This document shows, piece after piece, positions 1 through 10,258 of a DNA stretch of 64,000 nucleotides (the first letter of the stretch is position 1; the number at the start of each line of letters is the position of its first letter). Made by a program: the position numbers and the translations under genes. The notes beneath the pieces were generated by a model. The model was given only the letters and a program-made list of their open reading frames with translations. It was not told the origin of the DNA and made no database searches. This stretch comes from Nitrospirales bacterium. Its GTDB lineage: Bacteria; Nitrospirota; Nitrospiria; Nitrospirales; UBA8639. Where the stretch lies: contig CBDCWC010000003.1 of assembly GCA_965223295.1 (NCBI GenBank), forward strand, positions 480,001-544,000, read 5' to 3'.

Positions 1-209
1 TTCTCTTTATTGATTTTCCCGGGAAACATCACATGGAAAAAAAGTTAATCCGGCATCCTAAAATTCTCTCGGCCATCAATTCATTTAGAGAGAAAGCGGG
101 CAAGCTACCCTTTACCTTTGATTAAGTCGCTGCATACGCCTTTTCCTGTTTACTCATTGCGCCTCAACCAGTTTACTCCTTAACAGACCATTGTTAGGAT
201 GATTTCCCA

Positions 210-2159
210 ATGACCATGCTGCATAAATTCGGCTGGGCCGTGTTGGCAATTCTGTGCGCATTCGCCTTCGCCCATGTCGTCGGTATTCTCAATCCGGAAG
301 AAAAAGTGAATGGCTTGTGGCTGGTCGTTGCCGCCTCATGCTTTTATGTCTTGGCCTACCGGTTTTACGGCCGGTTCCTTGCACACCGCGTGATGAGTTT
401 AGACGACCGCCGTCGCACGCCAGCCTATCGCCTTGAAGACGGCACCAATTTTTACCCCGCTAACAAATATATTCTATTTGGGCATCATTTTGCCGCCATT
501 GCCGGAGCCGGTCCGTTGTTGGGTCCAGTCCTGGCCTCACAGTTTGGATTTCTTCCAGGTTTTTTATGGATTGTCATCGGCGCTGTCTTGGCTGGGGCCG
601 TTCAAGACTTCATCGTTCTGGTGGCATCCATGCGTCGAAATGGACGCTCGCTTCCTGAAATTGCCCATGCGGAATTGGGTCCCATTACGGGGTTAGCTAC
701 AGCCATTGCAGTCCTGTTTATCGTCATTGTCGCATTAGCGGGACTCGGCTTAGCTGTCGTGAACGCCCTCTACGATAATGCCTGGGGCACGTTTACGATT
801 GCCATGACGATTCCGATCGCCATTCTGATGGGTCTGTATCTCCAAAAATTTCGCCCTGGGCAAGTTGGAGAAATGACAGTGATCGGCTTAGTCCTCCTCA
901 TAATTGCCATCATCTTTGGACGAACAGTCGCACAATCAGAATGGGCTGAATGGTTTCTGTGGGACCGCATGACATTGACATGGGCCCTTGCCACCTATGG
1001 ATTCTTGGCTTCCGTCTTTCCCGTGTGGATCCTTTTAGTCCCCAGGGATTACTTGTCCACTTTTATGAAACTGGGAGTGATTGCACTATTAGGAATCGGG
1101 GTCATTCTTTTAGCCCCGACGATTGAAATGCCCAGAACGACTGAATTTATCAATGGCAATGGCCCCATCATTCCGGGCACCTTGTTTCCATTTCTGTTTA
1201 TTACTATCGCCTGCGGAGCGATCTCTGGCTTTCATTCACTCGTGTCATCAGGAACAACGCCAAAGCTCATCGGCCAAGAATCCCAAGCCATCGTCGGCTA
1301 TGGCGCCATGCTCTTAGAAAGCTTCGTCGGGGTGATCGCTCTCATCGCAGCATGTCTCTTGGTGCCAGGAGACTATTTCGCCATCAACACCCACCTCTCG
1401 GTAGAAACCTTAGAGACCATGGGATTTCCTACAGCCCATATTCAAGAGCTCTCAAGGATGGTGGAAGTTGATGTGTCGGGACGGCCAGGCGGCGCGGTTT
1501 CGCTGGCCGTCGGCATGGCCTCGATTTTTGCAGGACTTCCCGGCATGTCCGGCCTGATGGCATACTGGTATCAATTTGCCTTGCTTTTTGAAGCCCTGTT
1601 CATTCTTACCACGATTGATGCCGGCACACGAGTCGCTCGCTATCTCGTTCAGGAGCTGGGAGGACGAGCCTATGCGCCTTTAAAACAAATCAATTGGTGG
1701 CCTGGTGTGCTGGGAACCAGCTTCGTGGTCGTGGGAGCTTGGGGCTATCTCATTGGAACAGGAAGTATTGCCACGGTATGGCCAATGTTTGGGGCCGCGA
1801 ATCAATTATTAGGCATGTTGGCTCTTTGTATTGCCACCACGGTGCTGATTAAAATGCAAAAAACATCGTATCTCTGGGTTACCATTCTTCCAATGATATT
1901 TGTGGGCGTGATCACACTGGCTGGTTGCTATGAATTGTTTTTCTTGTTTATGAGCCGCGCTACGTCAGGTGACAGTGCCCAAACCTTGACGATGGGCATT
2001 AATGCAACGTTAGTAGGAGTGGTGGCTCTTTTGGCCATCATTGTCCTCATCGATAGTGCCCGAAAATGGTATGGCTATCTGATCCAAAAACACCCGCTGA
2101 ACAGTACCGAAATTTTTGACGGTGAAGGAATCAACATCCCCGCTGGACCATGTTGCTAA
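210..2159 (+). CDS. cstA: Carbon starvation protein A (peptide/pyruvate transporter family)
   Basis: Polytopic membrane protein with family motifs FGHHFAAIAGAGPLLGP, PRDYLSTFMK, IACGAISGFHSL, TTIDAGTRVAR, WPMFGAANQLL. Confidence 0.95.
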   Translation: MTMLHKFGWAVLAILCAFAFAHVVGILNPEEKVNGLWLVVAASCFYVLAYRFYGRFLAHRVMSLDDRRRTPAYRLEDGTNFYPANKYILFGHHFAAIAGAGPLLGPVLASQFGFLPGFLWIVIGAVLAGAVQDFIVLVASMRRNGRSLPEIAHAELGPITGLATAIAVLFIVIVALAGLGLAVVNALYDNAWGTFTIAMTIPIAILMGLYLQKFRPGQVGEMTVIGLVLLIIAIIFGRTVAQSEWAEWFLWDRMTLTWALATYGFLASVFPVWILLVPRDYLSTFMKLGVIALLGIGVILLAPTIEMPRTTEFINGNGPIIPGTLFPFLFITIACGAISGFHSLVSSGTTPKLIGQESQAIVGYGAMLLESFVGVIALIAACLLVPGDYFAINTHLSVETLETMGFPTAHIQELSRMVEVDVSGRPGGAVSLAVGMASIFAGLPGMSGLMAYWYQFALLFEALFILTTIDAGTRVARYLVQELGGRAYAPLKQINWWPGVLGTSFVVVGAWGYLIGTGSIATVWPMFGAANQLLGMLALCIATTVLIKMQKTSYLWVTILPMIFVGVITLAGCYELFFLFMSRATSGDSAQTLTMGINATLVGVVALLAIIVLIDSARKWYGYLIQKHPLNSTEIFDGEGINIPAGPCC

Positions 2160-2198
2160 GCAAGCCATGGGCTAGCTCATGACAACGAGAGGAATGTT

Positions 2199-2696
2199 AT
2201 GGCTGACAACTATTCATTTGATGTGGTTTCACAGGTAGACATGCAAGAGATGAAAAATGTTGTGGATCAAACGTTGAAAGAAATTGGGCAACGCTACGAT
2301 TTCAAAGGTTCCAAAAGCGAGCTCACGCTCAAGGAAAAAGAAAAGGAATTGATCGTCGTATCGGATGACGACTATAAATTGAACGCCGTCTTGGATATTC
2401 TCAAAGCCAAATGCGTGAAACGGAATGTTTCACTAAAGGCGCTCACCTATGGGAAGGTCGAAGAAGCCCTAGGAGGCACGGTCCGACAACACATTACCAT
2501 TCAAAGCGGTCTACCGACGGACAAAGCCAAGGCCATCACCAAATCGATCAAGGATGCGAAGTTTAAAGCCCAAGGGCAAATCCAAGGGGAACAAGTCCGG
2601 GTGCAAAGCAAAAGCAAAGACGAGCTTCAAGCCGTCATGACCCACCTCAAAGCCCAGGACTTTGGGCTGGATCTTCAATTTGAAAATTATCGATAA
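2199..2696 (+). CDS. yajQ: YajQ family nucleotide/c-di-GMP-binding protein
   Basis: SFDVVS...RYDFKGSK...QIQGEQVRV.SKSKDELQ...LQFENYR. Confidence 0.95.
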   Translation: MADNYSFDVVSQVDMQEMKNVVDQTLKEIGQRYDFKGSKSELTLKEKEKELIVVSDDDYKLNAVLDILKAKCVKRNVSLKALTYGKVEEALGGTVRQHITIQSGLPTDKAKAITKSIKDAKFKAQGQIQGEQVRVQSKSKDELQAVMTHLKAQDFGLDLQFENYR

Positions 2697-2722
2697 GGAC
2701 CGCCGCAGGTTATTCTTATCGT

Positions 2723-3421
2723 TCAGGCTTTTTCAGGGATACCTTCACACCTCTCACCTAAGTTATGTAAAGTCCGGTCTAACGCTTGTTGCGCCGCTTG
2801 TGCGCGTAAAATATCCAGCGACTCAACGCGAGACGGCCCACCTTCGCCAATGGGCGCATCCAACAATTCAAGTGTTTCTCTCGCCTCTCCGATCAACGTC
2901 ATTTCTACTCGGAAGCCTTCTAAACGCAGAACTGCTACTTCCGCAAGCGCTTGATTCTCAATGCTGATCCCGCTTAATTGCGTCATCATGCGTTCTTCAC
3001 CGAGTGTGACAGGGCTAGCATGCTCTCGACTGGAAAAGACTACGAGAACCGCATGCGAAATGCCATATTCTTGAGCATCACCAATGAGTTCTTGCTGGAT
3101 ATAGCCCTGTTGACCTGACCTTGGAACGGGTAATGGAGTAACGGAACCCACCTGGCAACGTTGAATGAGAAACTGTTCCGTTCGCCGGCTGAGTGTTTCC
3201 AGAAACTCAGAAGAAACCGCTGGAGCCGCTCCTGGCCCTGTCTCGTCAGAATGAACCATGAGCCCGATACGTTCAACGTTGGGCCAGGCGGAATCCCGTG
3301 AAAGCTCTGTATCGATCTGTACGCCCAAGAGCGTATGTAGGCGGAGCTGTGGTCCATCTGCACACCCCACTATAAGCAGCAGGAAAAGCCATACCCCCAT
3401 CCTCAAAAAGATAGCTTTCAC
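2723..3421 (-). CDS. Hypothetical lipoprotein, paralog of the adjacent gene
   Basis: Lipobox-like LIVGC; aligns by eye with 3423..4196. Confidence 0.7.
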   Translation of the reverse strand: MKAIFLRMGVWLFLLLIVGCADGPQLRLHTLLGVQIDTELSRDSAWPNVERIGLMVHSDETGPGAAPAVSSEFLETLSRRTEQFLIQRCQVGSVTPLPVPRSGQQGYIQQELIGDAQEYGISHAVLVVFSSREHASPVTLGEERMMTQLSGISIENQALAEVAVLRLEGFRVEMTLIGEARETLELLDAPIGEGGPSRVESLDILRAQAAQQALDRTLHNLGERCEGIPEKA

Positions 3422-3422
3422 G

Positions 3423-4196
3423 TCAAGAAGCCCCGACCTTCGTCCACGCCTCCTCTAAATGCATCACCGCTTGTTCAATCGCATCATGTCCAGAGACCCA
3501 ACGCAAGGTTTCAAACGCATCCTCTTCCGAGTTGGGATAAATAGGCGGTTGGGTTTGCGGGCGCCGTACGACCGGATAGACATTTGATTCTAATGGAACC
3601 GCCAACCGTTCCAATGTGGCCCAGGCCTGCCCATCGGAGGTTACGACAGGTTGACCCGTTTTCCCATCGATTAACGCCAGTTCAAGCCTAGCATAATTTT
3701 CTGCCCGGTATCCGACTAACCCGCCACCTCGTAACCCTGTGGGTTGCTGAAAGCCACCTAGCGGAAGCCGGTCTGCAACCTCCCATTCCGAACTGGAAAG
3801 AACAGCAAACAAGAGAAAGGGCGCATGCTCTTCTTTTGCCAGTTGAACAAATGGATCACGAACACCATTCGTCTGAGAGGGATCAAGGTAAATAATCGAA
3901 GACACATCCATGGGCACCTGTTTTTGAATCTCAGCCTGTAGGTAAGCTCCAAGAGACTGAAGCGTGGCTTCCTGTAATCCTGGAGCTGACTTCTCAAATC
4001 CCGTGTCATTCATTACAACGAGAGCAGCGGTCACATCTTCATTCGCAAGAAGAGTTTCTAATCCTGCCATTTCCCCTTCCACAGGAACTTGGGAAAGATA
4101 TGCTGGCAAACGTTTGGGAGAGTTTTCAATGGAACAGGCACTACACAAACATGCGACAAACAGTCCGAACGTCAGGAAAGTAGAACGCCACATCAT
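3423..4196 (-). CDS. Hypothetical lipoprotein
   Basis: Signal peptide ending CSAC; GGAGG RBS upstream; 257-aa ORF. Confidence 0.7.
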   Translation of the reverse strand: MMWRSTFLTFGLFVACLCSACSIENSPKRLPAYLSQVPVEGEMAGLETLLANEDVTAALVVMNDTGFEKSAPGLQEATLQSLGAYLQAEIQKQVPMDVSSIIYLDPSQTNGVRDPFVQLAKEEHAPFLLFAVLSSSEWEVADRLPLGGFQQPTGLRGGGLVGYRAENYARLELALIDGKTGQPVVTSDGQAWATLERLAVPLESNVYPVVRRPQTQPPIYPNSEEDAFETLRWVSGHDAIEQAVMHLEEAWTKVGAS

Positions 4197-4320
4197 GTCA
4201 CCTCCATTTTGTTAGGATAAGGTGAAGGTTAAAAGTAAATTGTCTCCCCTAACATGACTGCTGGTCAAGACAAGTACCATTCATGATGTAGGACATGATC
4301 CTCAATATGATATCCATTGA

Positions 4321-4510
4321 GGAACTGTTGGATAATTCAATTTCAAGCTACGAAAAGACCTTCAGAGCTATGGTGATTTCAATTCAACGGGAATGGTCAA
4401 AAGAGTCCGTCCAGCAAGGCCACAGCCATTGTTGCGCGCGGAGCGTACTGGCAGTACGTGAGCACGCAAAAATGGCGAGAACGTCGCTGGCGGATTTTTT
4501 CACCATTCCC
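4321..4510 (-). repeat. Family A structured dispersed repeat, copy 1 (core 4389-4510)
   Basis: GGGAATGGTCAAAA...TTTTTCACCATTCCC stem; core is the reverse complement of the copies at 5702 and 18140; degenerate tail end at 4321. Confidence 0.8.
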
Positions 4511-4556
4511 ATTGACGAAACTTGCAACTCATTGGACCATGGGGTAGGCTAGCGCT

Positions 4557-5609
4557 GTGTGCCTTAAGCTGAAACATGGCCTCACAGGCAGCTTGTTAGC
4601 CATCCTCTTCCTAACCTCGACAGCCTGTGACAAAATTTCACTTCCGCGACTAGGTTTCGAAGACAAACCCGAACCTCGCCTCCCCGTGGCCGTTACCTAT
4701 GCCTTTGCACCTAACCTCGTAGGCTATACCCACACAGTTGATGCCTGTGGCTTACCCCATACGATTCCTGTAGGTGAAATTATTACCAACACCTTCATGC
4801 AAGTGGGACAAGAACGGTTCAATGGTGTTCGAGCCGAACCTCCCGTTGGCCAGGCGCAAGGAGCCACGTTAGACGGCTATCGGGTGCTCGTGGAATTCAA
4901 TCTATTTGGGTTTGACCCGATTACTGGAAGCAGCCAAGAAGACCGTTATGACGCCAGAGTTGATCTTGAACTCCTGGCTGTATACGAAGATAGTGAGGGA
5001 AGGACGTTAGCCAAAACTCCTTTGACCTATCACGATACTGCCAGTCTCTGGATTCCGGCTCTCACCAGTCAATCCTCTTCTTGCTCCACGGGCGCTATTG
5101 ATGGAGCCGTGGAAGACGCTGCGGAAACCTTGGCTAAAGAGATGGCGAGCGTGATGCCACAACTCACCCGAGCTACACAAACCAACCTATCTCCCCCATT
5201 AGGTTCAGTGACTCAAGCTCCCGTTTCCCGGCCACCGGCCACCGAACCTGCCGTCCAATACCGCACAAAACTCGTGGATGCCAATCGCAATTTAGTCTTA
5301 GAATCTGGCGAAGCGGTCGTCTTATTTGTCGAGATTACAAATATCAGCGAGAACGACATTCCTTCAGCCTACGTTGAGCTTCGAGGAACACCTCTCTTAG
5401 TTGACGCCTTCAAACGAGTAGCCCCACTCCCCGTTCCACTAGGTTCCCTCAAGACAGGTGAAAAACGCACCACTGAAATTCGTGGACGTCTGGGGTCCGT
5501 TTCGAGAACTGCGCAAGGGGAATTAATCATTGGAATCATTCTTTCAGAAGGCTTGCCCCCAGGAACCCATAGCATCCGCACCGAGATCCAGCCTACGATT
5601 TCGCCATAG
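4557..5609 (+). CDS. Hypothetical lipoprotein with C-terminal Ig-like beta-sandwich
   Basis: Lipobox-like STAC; Pro/Thr linker followed by DANRNLVLESGE...VEITN domain. Confidence 0.65.
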   Translation: MCLKLKHGLTGSLLAILFLTSTACDKISLPRLGFEDKPEPRLPVAVTYAFAPNLVGYTHTVDACGLPHTIPVGEIITNTFMQVGQERFNGVRAEPPVGQAQGATLDGYRVLVEFNLFGFDPITGSSQEDRYDARVDLELLAVYEDSEGRTLAKTPLTYHDTASLWIPALTSQSSSCSTGAIDGAVEDAAETLAKEMASVMPQLTRATQTNLSPPLGSVTQAPVSRPPATEPAVQYRTKLVDANRNLVLESGEAVVLFVEITNISENDIPSAYVELRGTPLLVDAFKRVAPLPVPLGSLKTGEKRTTEIRGRLGSVSRTAQGELIIGIILSEGLPPGTHSIRTEIQPTISP

Positions 5610-5701
5610 TCATACTCTTGGTTTTTCGCTTTAGACTCACTTCTTGATTAAGAAGCCTAGAGTTCCTTTTCGCCATCATCAATTTCAAGATGAACCAATA
5701 C

Positions 5702-5903
5702 GAGCCTGTTGAAAAAAGCCGTCAGCGGCGTTCTCCCCATTGTTTCGTGCTCACGTAGGACCAGTATGCTCCGCGTGCGCAAATGACTGTGGCCTTCCCT
5801 TCGCAGACTCAGGGCTGGATTTTTGAACCGACCCGAGTTTATGGATTGCAAAGGACTTCCTGGTGAAAGATGGTCTTTGATATCTCCATGATTCAACACT
5901 CCC
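5702..5903 (+). repeat. Family A repeat, copy 2
   Basis: GAGCCTGTTGAAAAAAGCCGTCAGCGGCGTTCTC...TTTTTGAAC...tail TTGATATC...TTCAACACTCCC. Confidence 0.85.
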
Positions 5904-5956
5904 TTGTTGAGTTTTCGAGATGAGGTTAACAAGAATACATTGGTAAAATTCTTCAC

Positions 5957-6072
5957 ATTTCCACAAGATGTGGATGGTGTGGATAACTATATCCATGCAT
6001 TTTGTATAAATTTTTGCCCTAACCAATACTTTGTGTTAGAAAAGAACGTTGCCCTCATGACCATTATCCACC
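5957..6072. promoter_or_regulatory. Cluster of DnaA-box-like 9-mers upstream of smc
   Basis: Perfect TGTGGATAA at 5978-5986; TTATCCACC at 6064-6072; ATTTCCACA at 5957-5965; TGTGGATGG at 5969-5977. Confidence 0.45.
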
Positions 6073-6089
6073 TCTGTTGAGGAGAGCCT

Positions 6090-9000
6090 ATGAACTTGCG
6101 AACCCTTGTGGTGAACGGGTTTAAATCATTTGCGGAAACGAAGGTTGATTTTCCAAATGGCATTACTGCCGTGGTTGGACCAAATGGGACCGGCAAAAGC
6201 AATATCGTGGATGCCATTTTGTGGGCTATGGGTGAGCAAAGCGCGAAGAGCTTGCGTAGCGAGCGTATGGAAGACGTCATTTTTAATGGTACCGAACAAC
6301 GAAAGCCGATGGGCATGGTGGAAGCCTCATTGGTCTTTTCCGATGTCACGCCTCAAGAGTTGGAGCCCGTTTCGGCCTTAGTCGAAGGGCTGGAACAGAC
6401 GACGGATGTGATGATTACGCGCCGACTCTATCGCGACGGAGACAGCGAATATTATTTCAACAAGATCTCCTGCCGGCTGAAAGATATTCGGGGGTTCTTG
6501 TGGAATGCCCGGGCTGGTACCCGCGGGCAGTCGGTGATTGAACAAGGCAATATTGAACAATTACTAAGTGCTTCGCCACAGGAACGCCGCGAGTTTATCG
6601 AAGGCACGGCAGGCATTATCCGCTATAAAAAACAAAAGGCGGAAGCGTTACGCAAACTACAAAGTACCGAAAATAATCTGCTGCGGGTTCGCGACATTTT
6701 GGGGGAAGTGCATCAGCAACTCCGCGTTCTGACCCGACAGGCCAAACAGGCAGAAGACTATCAGGCTCTGCTTCAAGAATCGCGAGACCTAGAAGTGCGG
6801 TTACTCACCTGGGATTTTCAACGTTTTTTTCAAGAGCATCGTGAAGTTGAGAAGGAGCTAGCCGATTCGGAAAATCAGGAAATGGCCTGTGTGGCCGACG
6901 AAGTTCGCTTAACGGCCGAGCAACAGGAAGTACAGCTTCGCTTGACTGCAGTTAATGATTCTCTTCAGCAGGCGCAAGAGGAATTTCGAGAGATTGAACA
7001 ACGCATGTCTCAAGCCTTTACTGAAATTCAGATCGAACGCACCCGGCTCGAGCAATATGAGCACACACACGAACAGATTTTGGAGGAACGCACGCGCATT
7101 CATGACACAGGGCAAGAGGCAGTCGGTCTGCTCGAAGCCCTGCGCGAACGGATGGCTCAAACCCGTGAAGAAATTGAGGTATCGTCGGCTTCGATAGCTG
7201 AAGGAGAAGAAAACCTGGCGACGATCACCGCTCGCCGCCGAGACATGGAGGAGAAGGTTGATCATGGGCGAGAGGCGATACTGGCTGTGGCCGTGGAACA
7301 AACGAATGTCGAGAATCGTCTTCGAAGTCTAGGAGAAGGGCAGAGTACGACAGGACGTCGAGTGGACCGTGTCGTGGCTGACCTTATGCAATCTCAAGTA
7401 GCTCAGACTGCATTGCAAAGTGAACATGAAACACTCCAAGAACAACGTTCCACATTGGAGAGCCAATTAGCAGACTTACGCACTCAGCAAGAGCAATTAG
7501 AAGTGAGCTTGCAAAGTCATCGGGAAACTCGCGAAGAATTGGATGGAGTCATTCGAGAACTGCAGACTCAGTCCGCTGGCACAGAATCTGAGCTGAAGGC
7601 TCTTCAAGGGATCTTTCGTGAGGAATTGGGGTACGGACAAAGTGGGGACAGTGCAGAAACGTCCATTCGAGAGCAATGCACCTCCATCCAAGCAGCCTTA
7701 GCTGAACGCATGGACGTTCCGGAAGATATGGAACAAGCGGTGGAAGCCGCCCTCGGCTCGCAGCTGCAAGCTTGGATTGTTGCTTCACCTCAAGAGGCTC
7801 AAGAATCCATTGCACAATTTCAGCAACATGAATGGGGAAAAGGGTGTTTTCTCCCCTTACAGATTCCTCGCGCCGATACGGCAAGCGATCCAGTGTGGTG
7901 GGCGACATTGGAGTCAGACCCCTCAGTGAAAGGCCTAGCCAGAAAATTTGTGCATGCACCAGCTGAAGTGACACCCATCGTGGATAGACTGTTACGAAAT
8001 ACAGTCATTGTTGAGACATTAGCAAATGCGATGGCATTAATGGACAAACATGAGTGGTTTCAGGGAGATGGTCCTTGTTTTGTGACCTTGACGGGAGAAA
8101 CCGTGTCTTCCCTGGGCGTGATCAATGGAGGGTCCATGGGTGAATCTGGAGGCCTTTTGCATCGCCGCAGGGAAATTTTGGCATTAGAGGAAAAGTCCCA
8201 AGATCTCCGAAATGACTTACTCCAGGAAAAAGAGACACATAAAGCATTGTGCCAAAACATTGAAACTATTGCCGCTCAATTTGAAGAGGCGGTCAGTTCT
8301 ATTCGTACCCTGGAGATGCAGGCCCTCACGGTGCAAAAAGAAGAAATGTCCAAAGAACAGGCGCTACCTGAACTGCTGCGTCGCCTAGAAAGTCTGCAAC
8401 TCGAGCGTGAGATGGAAGAGACAGAATTAGCACGGCTACAAAGTGAAGAAACGGAGGCAAGGCATCAACGTGAAGCGCTTGAACACCGTCGAGCTGAAGA
8501 GCAAGCCATCCTGAGCCAGGCACAAGCATCACTTCGTGAACTTGATGAAGAACAAGAAGGTATCACCTCCCGCCTCAATGACCTGAAGATGAAGCATCAC
8601 ACGCTGAATGCTCAATGGAACCATGAACACAGCAATCAAGAACGATTAGAGCAGGAAGCTGAACAGCGAAACGTGCGCGTTCAAGAAATCGATCAACAGC
8701 TAGAGCAGTTGTTTTTGCAAAGTCGAACCAGCCAAGAGGCTCGATTCAAGAATGAAGCCGTGATTGAAGATTGTGGCACTCAGAAAGAATCAAAAGAAGG
8801 ACAATTGCGTGATCTTCAGAATCAGCATACCGAATGTCTGGAAGAAGTTAAACGGCTGGATTCATTGATCGGACAGGCCAGAGAAACACTTGCGCACATT
8901 TTTAAGTCACGCGTGCCGATTGAAGGTCATTTGGCTGAAATGCGAACAAAACTTCAGGCTGTGGAGGAAACCCTGGCTCAGACCTATGACATATCCATCA

Positions 9001-9797
9001 AGGATCTCAAAGCCTCTCAGGCTGAGACACCAGACCATAACGCCCTTCAGCAGAGCGAAGAGTCAGCCGACAATCCTGATTCTTGGCGAGAGCACCTACA
9101 GCGTATCAGGAAGAAACTCGAACGTATCGGCCCCATTAATTTGGCTGCGATCGATGAGCATGTGCAGTTGGAAGAACGCTATCAATTTTTGTTATCTCAG
9201 GAAGAAGATTTAGCAGGGTCCATCCAATCTCTTCAAGAAATTATTCAGCGTTTAAACCAAACAACCAATAAGTTGTTTGCCGAAACCTTTAAAGAATTGC
9301 AAGTCAAGTTTAATGAGGTATTCTCGGCGCTCTTCGCCGGCGGACGGGCAGAACTGGTGCTGGTTGACGAATCAGCCGAACACTCTCCCGACTCCGAACC
9401 TGGCCAGTCCAGTGAAGAAGAACGCTCTCATGCCCTCAAGAAGGAACCCGGTGTTGACATTGTCGCCCAACCACCCGGCAAACGTTTAAAAAATCTAAGT
9501 ATGTTGTCAGGTGGAGAAAAAACCATGACCGTGATGGCGCTGCTCTTCGCCAGCTTTCTCATCCGACCCTCGCCTTTTTGTGTGTTGGACGAGGTCGATG
9601 CCCCGCTGGACGAAACAAATGTCGTCCGATTCGGCCAATTTTTAAAACAGATGGCTGAGCGTTCTCAGTTTGTCGTCATTACCCATAATAAACGCACCAT
9701 GGAGGTTGCCAATTCTCTATTTGGAGTCACCATGGAAGAGCCAGGAGTCTCCAAGCTGATCTCTGTTCGTCTGAATGAATTGCAAGAAGTTGGCTGA
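6090..9797 (+). CDS. smc: Chromosome segregation protein SMC
   Basis: GFKSF, Walker A GPNGTGKSN, coiled coils, hinge, LSGGE signature, LDEVDAPLD. Confidence 0.97.
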   Translation: MNLRTLVVNGFKSFAETKVDFPNGITAVVGPNGTGKSNIVDAILWAMGEQSAKSLRSERMEDVIFNGTEQRKPMGMVEASLVFSDVTPQELEPVSALVEGLEQTTDVMITRRLYRDGDSEYYFNKISCRLKDIRGFLWNARAGTRGQSVIEQGNIEQLLSASPQERREFIEGTAGIIRYKKQKAEALRKLQSTENNLLRVRDILGEVHQQLRVLTRQAKQAEDYQALLQESRDLEVRLLTWDFQRFFQEHREVEKELADSENQEMACVADEVRLTAEQQEVQLRLTAVNDSLQQAQEEFREIEQRMSQAFTEIQIERTRLEQYEHTHEQILEERTRIHDTGQEAVGLLEALRERMAQTREEIEVSSASIAEGEENLATITARRRDMEEKVDHGREAILAVAVEQTNVENRLRSLGEGQSTTGRRVDRVVADLMQSQVAQTALQSEHETLQEQRSTLESQLADLRTQQEQLEVSLQSHRETREELDGVIRELQTQSAGTESELKALQGIFREELGYGQSGDSAETSIREQCTSIQAALAERMDVPEDMEQAVEAALGSQLQAWIVASPQEAQESIAQFQQHEWGKGCFLPLQIPRADTASDPVWWATLESDPSVKGLARKFVHAPAEVTPIVDRLLRNTVIVETLANAMALMDKHEWFQGDGPCFVTLTGETVSSLGVINGGSMGESGGLLHRRREILALEEKSQDLRNDLLQEKETHKALCQNIETIAAQFEEAVSSIRTLEMQALTVQKEEMSKEQALPELLRRLESLQLEREMEETELARLQSEETEARHQREALEHRRAEEQAILSQAQASLRELDEEQEGITSRLNDLKMKHHTLNAQWNHEHSNQERLEQEAEQRNVRVQEIDQQLEQLFLQSRTSQEARFKNEAVIEDCGTQKESKEGQLRDLQNQHTECLEEVKRLDSLIGQARETLAHIFKSRVPIEGHLAEMRTKLQAVEETLAQTYDISIKDLKASQAETPDHNALQQSEESADNPDSWREHLQRIRKKLERIGPINLAAIDEHVQLEERYQFLLSQEEDLAGSIQSLQEIIQRLNQTTNKLFAETFKELQVKFNEVFSALFAGGRAELVLVDESAEHSPDSEPGQSSEEERSHALKKEPGVDIVAQPPGKRLKNLSMLSGGEKTMTVMALLFASFLIRPSPFCVLDEVDAPLDETNVVRFGQFLKQMAERSQFVVITHNKRTMEVANSLFGVTMEEPGVSKLISVRLNELQEVG

Positions 9798-9842
9798 AAC
9801 TCTTTTTGAGGAAGACTACGGTGCGTAGGTACACTGAGTGTT

Positions 9843-9885
9843 AATAAAAAGCCCCTACCTGAAATTTCAGGTAGGGGCTTTTTTA
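9843..9885. terminator. Bidirectional intrinsic terminator
   Basis: AAAAAGCCCCTACCTGAAATTTCAGGTAGGGGCTTTTTT between convergent smc and ferredoxin genes. Confidence 0.9.
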
Positions 9886-9910
9886 AATACCTTCTTTTAT
9901 GAAGCGAGGA

Positions 9911-10258
9911 CTAATTCCTTACGCCGCTCCAGACTTTTTCAGGATCAATTTCTTTGTCCGGATTAAGTTGTTTCGCTTTTTCCAAGAGAACATCCGTTGT
10001 CTCAGGAATTTCCGGATCTGGCACACAGCAATCATCAACCGGACATACAGCAGCACATTGCGGTTCATCAAAGTGCCCAACACATTCCGTGCAGCGTTCA
10101 TAGGTAATGACGTACACCGTATCACCATCCCCTTGACCTTCACCAACCTTGAGGTCTTGTTCTTCCGCAGCACTGCGAGTCTCAAAAATAGCTTCATTGG
10201 GGCATTCAGGGAGGCATGCACCACAATTAATGCATTCTTCGGTGATCAGTAACGACAT
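9911..10258 (-). CDS. YfhL-type 2[4Fe-4S] ferredoxin
   Basis: CINCGACLPECP and CTECVGHFDEPQCAAVCP; GGAGG RBS. Confidence 0.92.
   Translation of the reverse strand: MSLLITEECINCGACLPECPNEAIFETRSAAEEQDLKVGEGQGDGDTVYVITYERCTECVGHFDEPQCAAVCPVDDCCVPDPEIPETTDVLLEKAKQLNPDKEIDPEKVWSGVRN

Noticed and set aside
4295-4552. Short ORFs over family A copies (also 5657..5956, 12741..13013, 18015..18224, 46204..46548) sharing peptides such as RRWRPF
   Set aside because: The similarity comes from translating the DNA repeat; frames, starts and stops are inconsistent between copies.
5957-6072. Replication origin
   Set aside because: Too few good DnaA boxes, no clear unwinding element, and no dnaA/dnaN/gidA context.
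9899-10252. 117-aa plus-strand ORF and the many other antisense or nested ORFs in the track
   Set aside because: They are shadows of well-supported genes on the other strand or frame.
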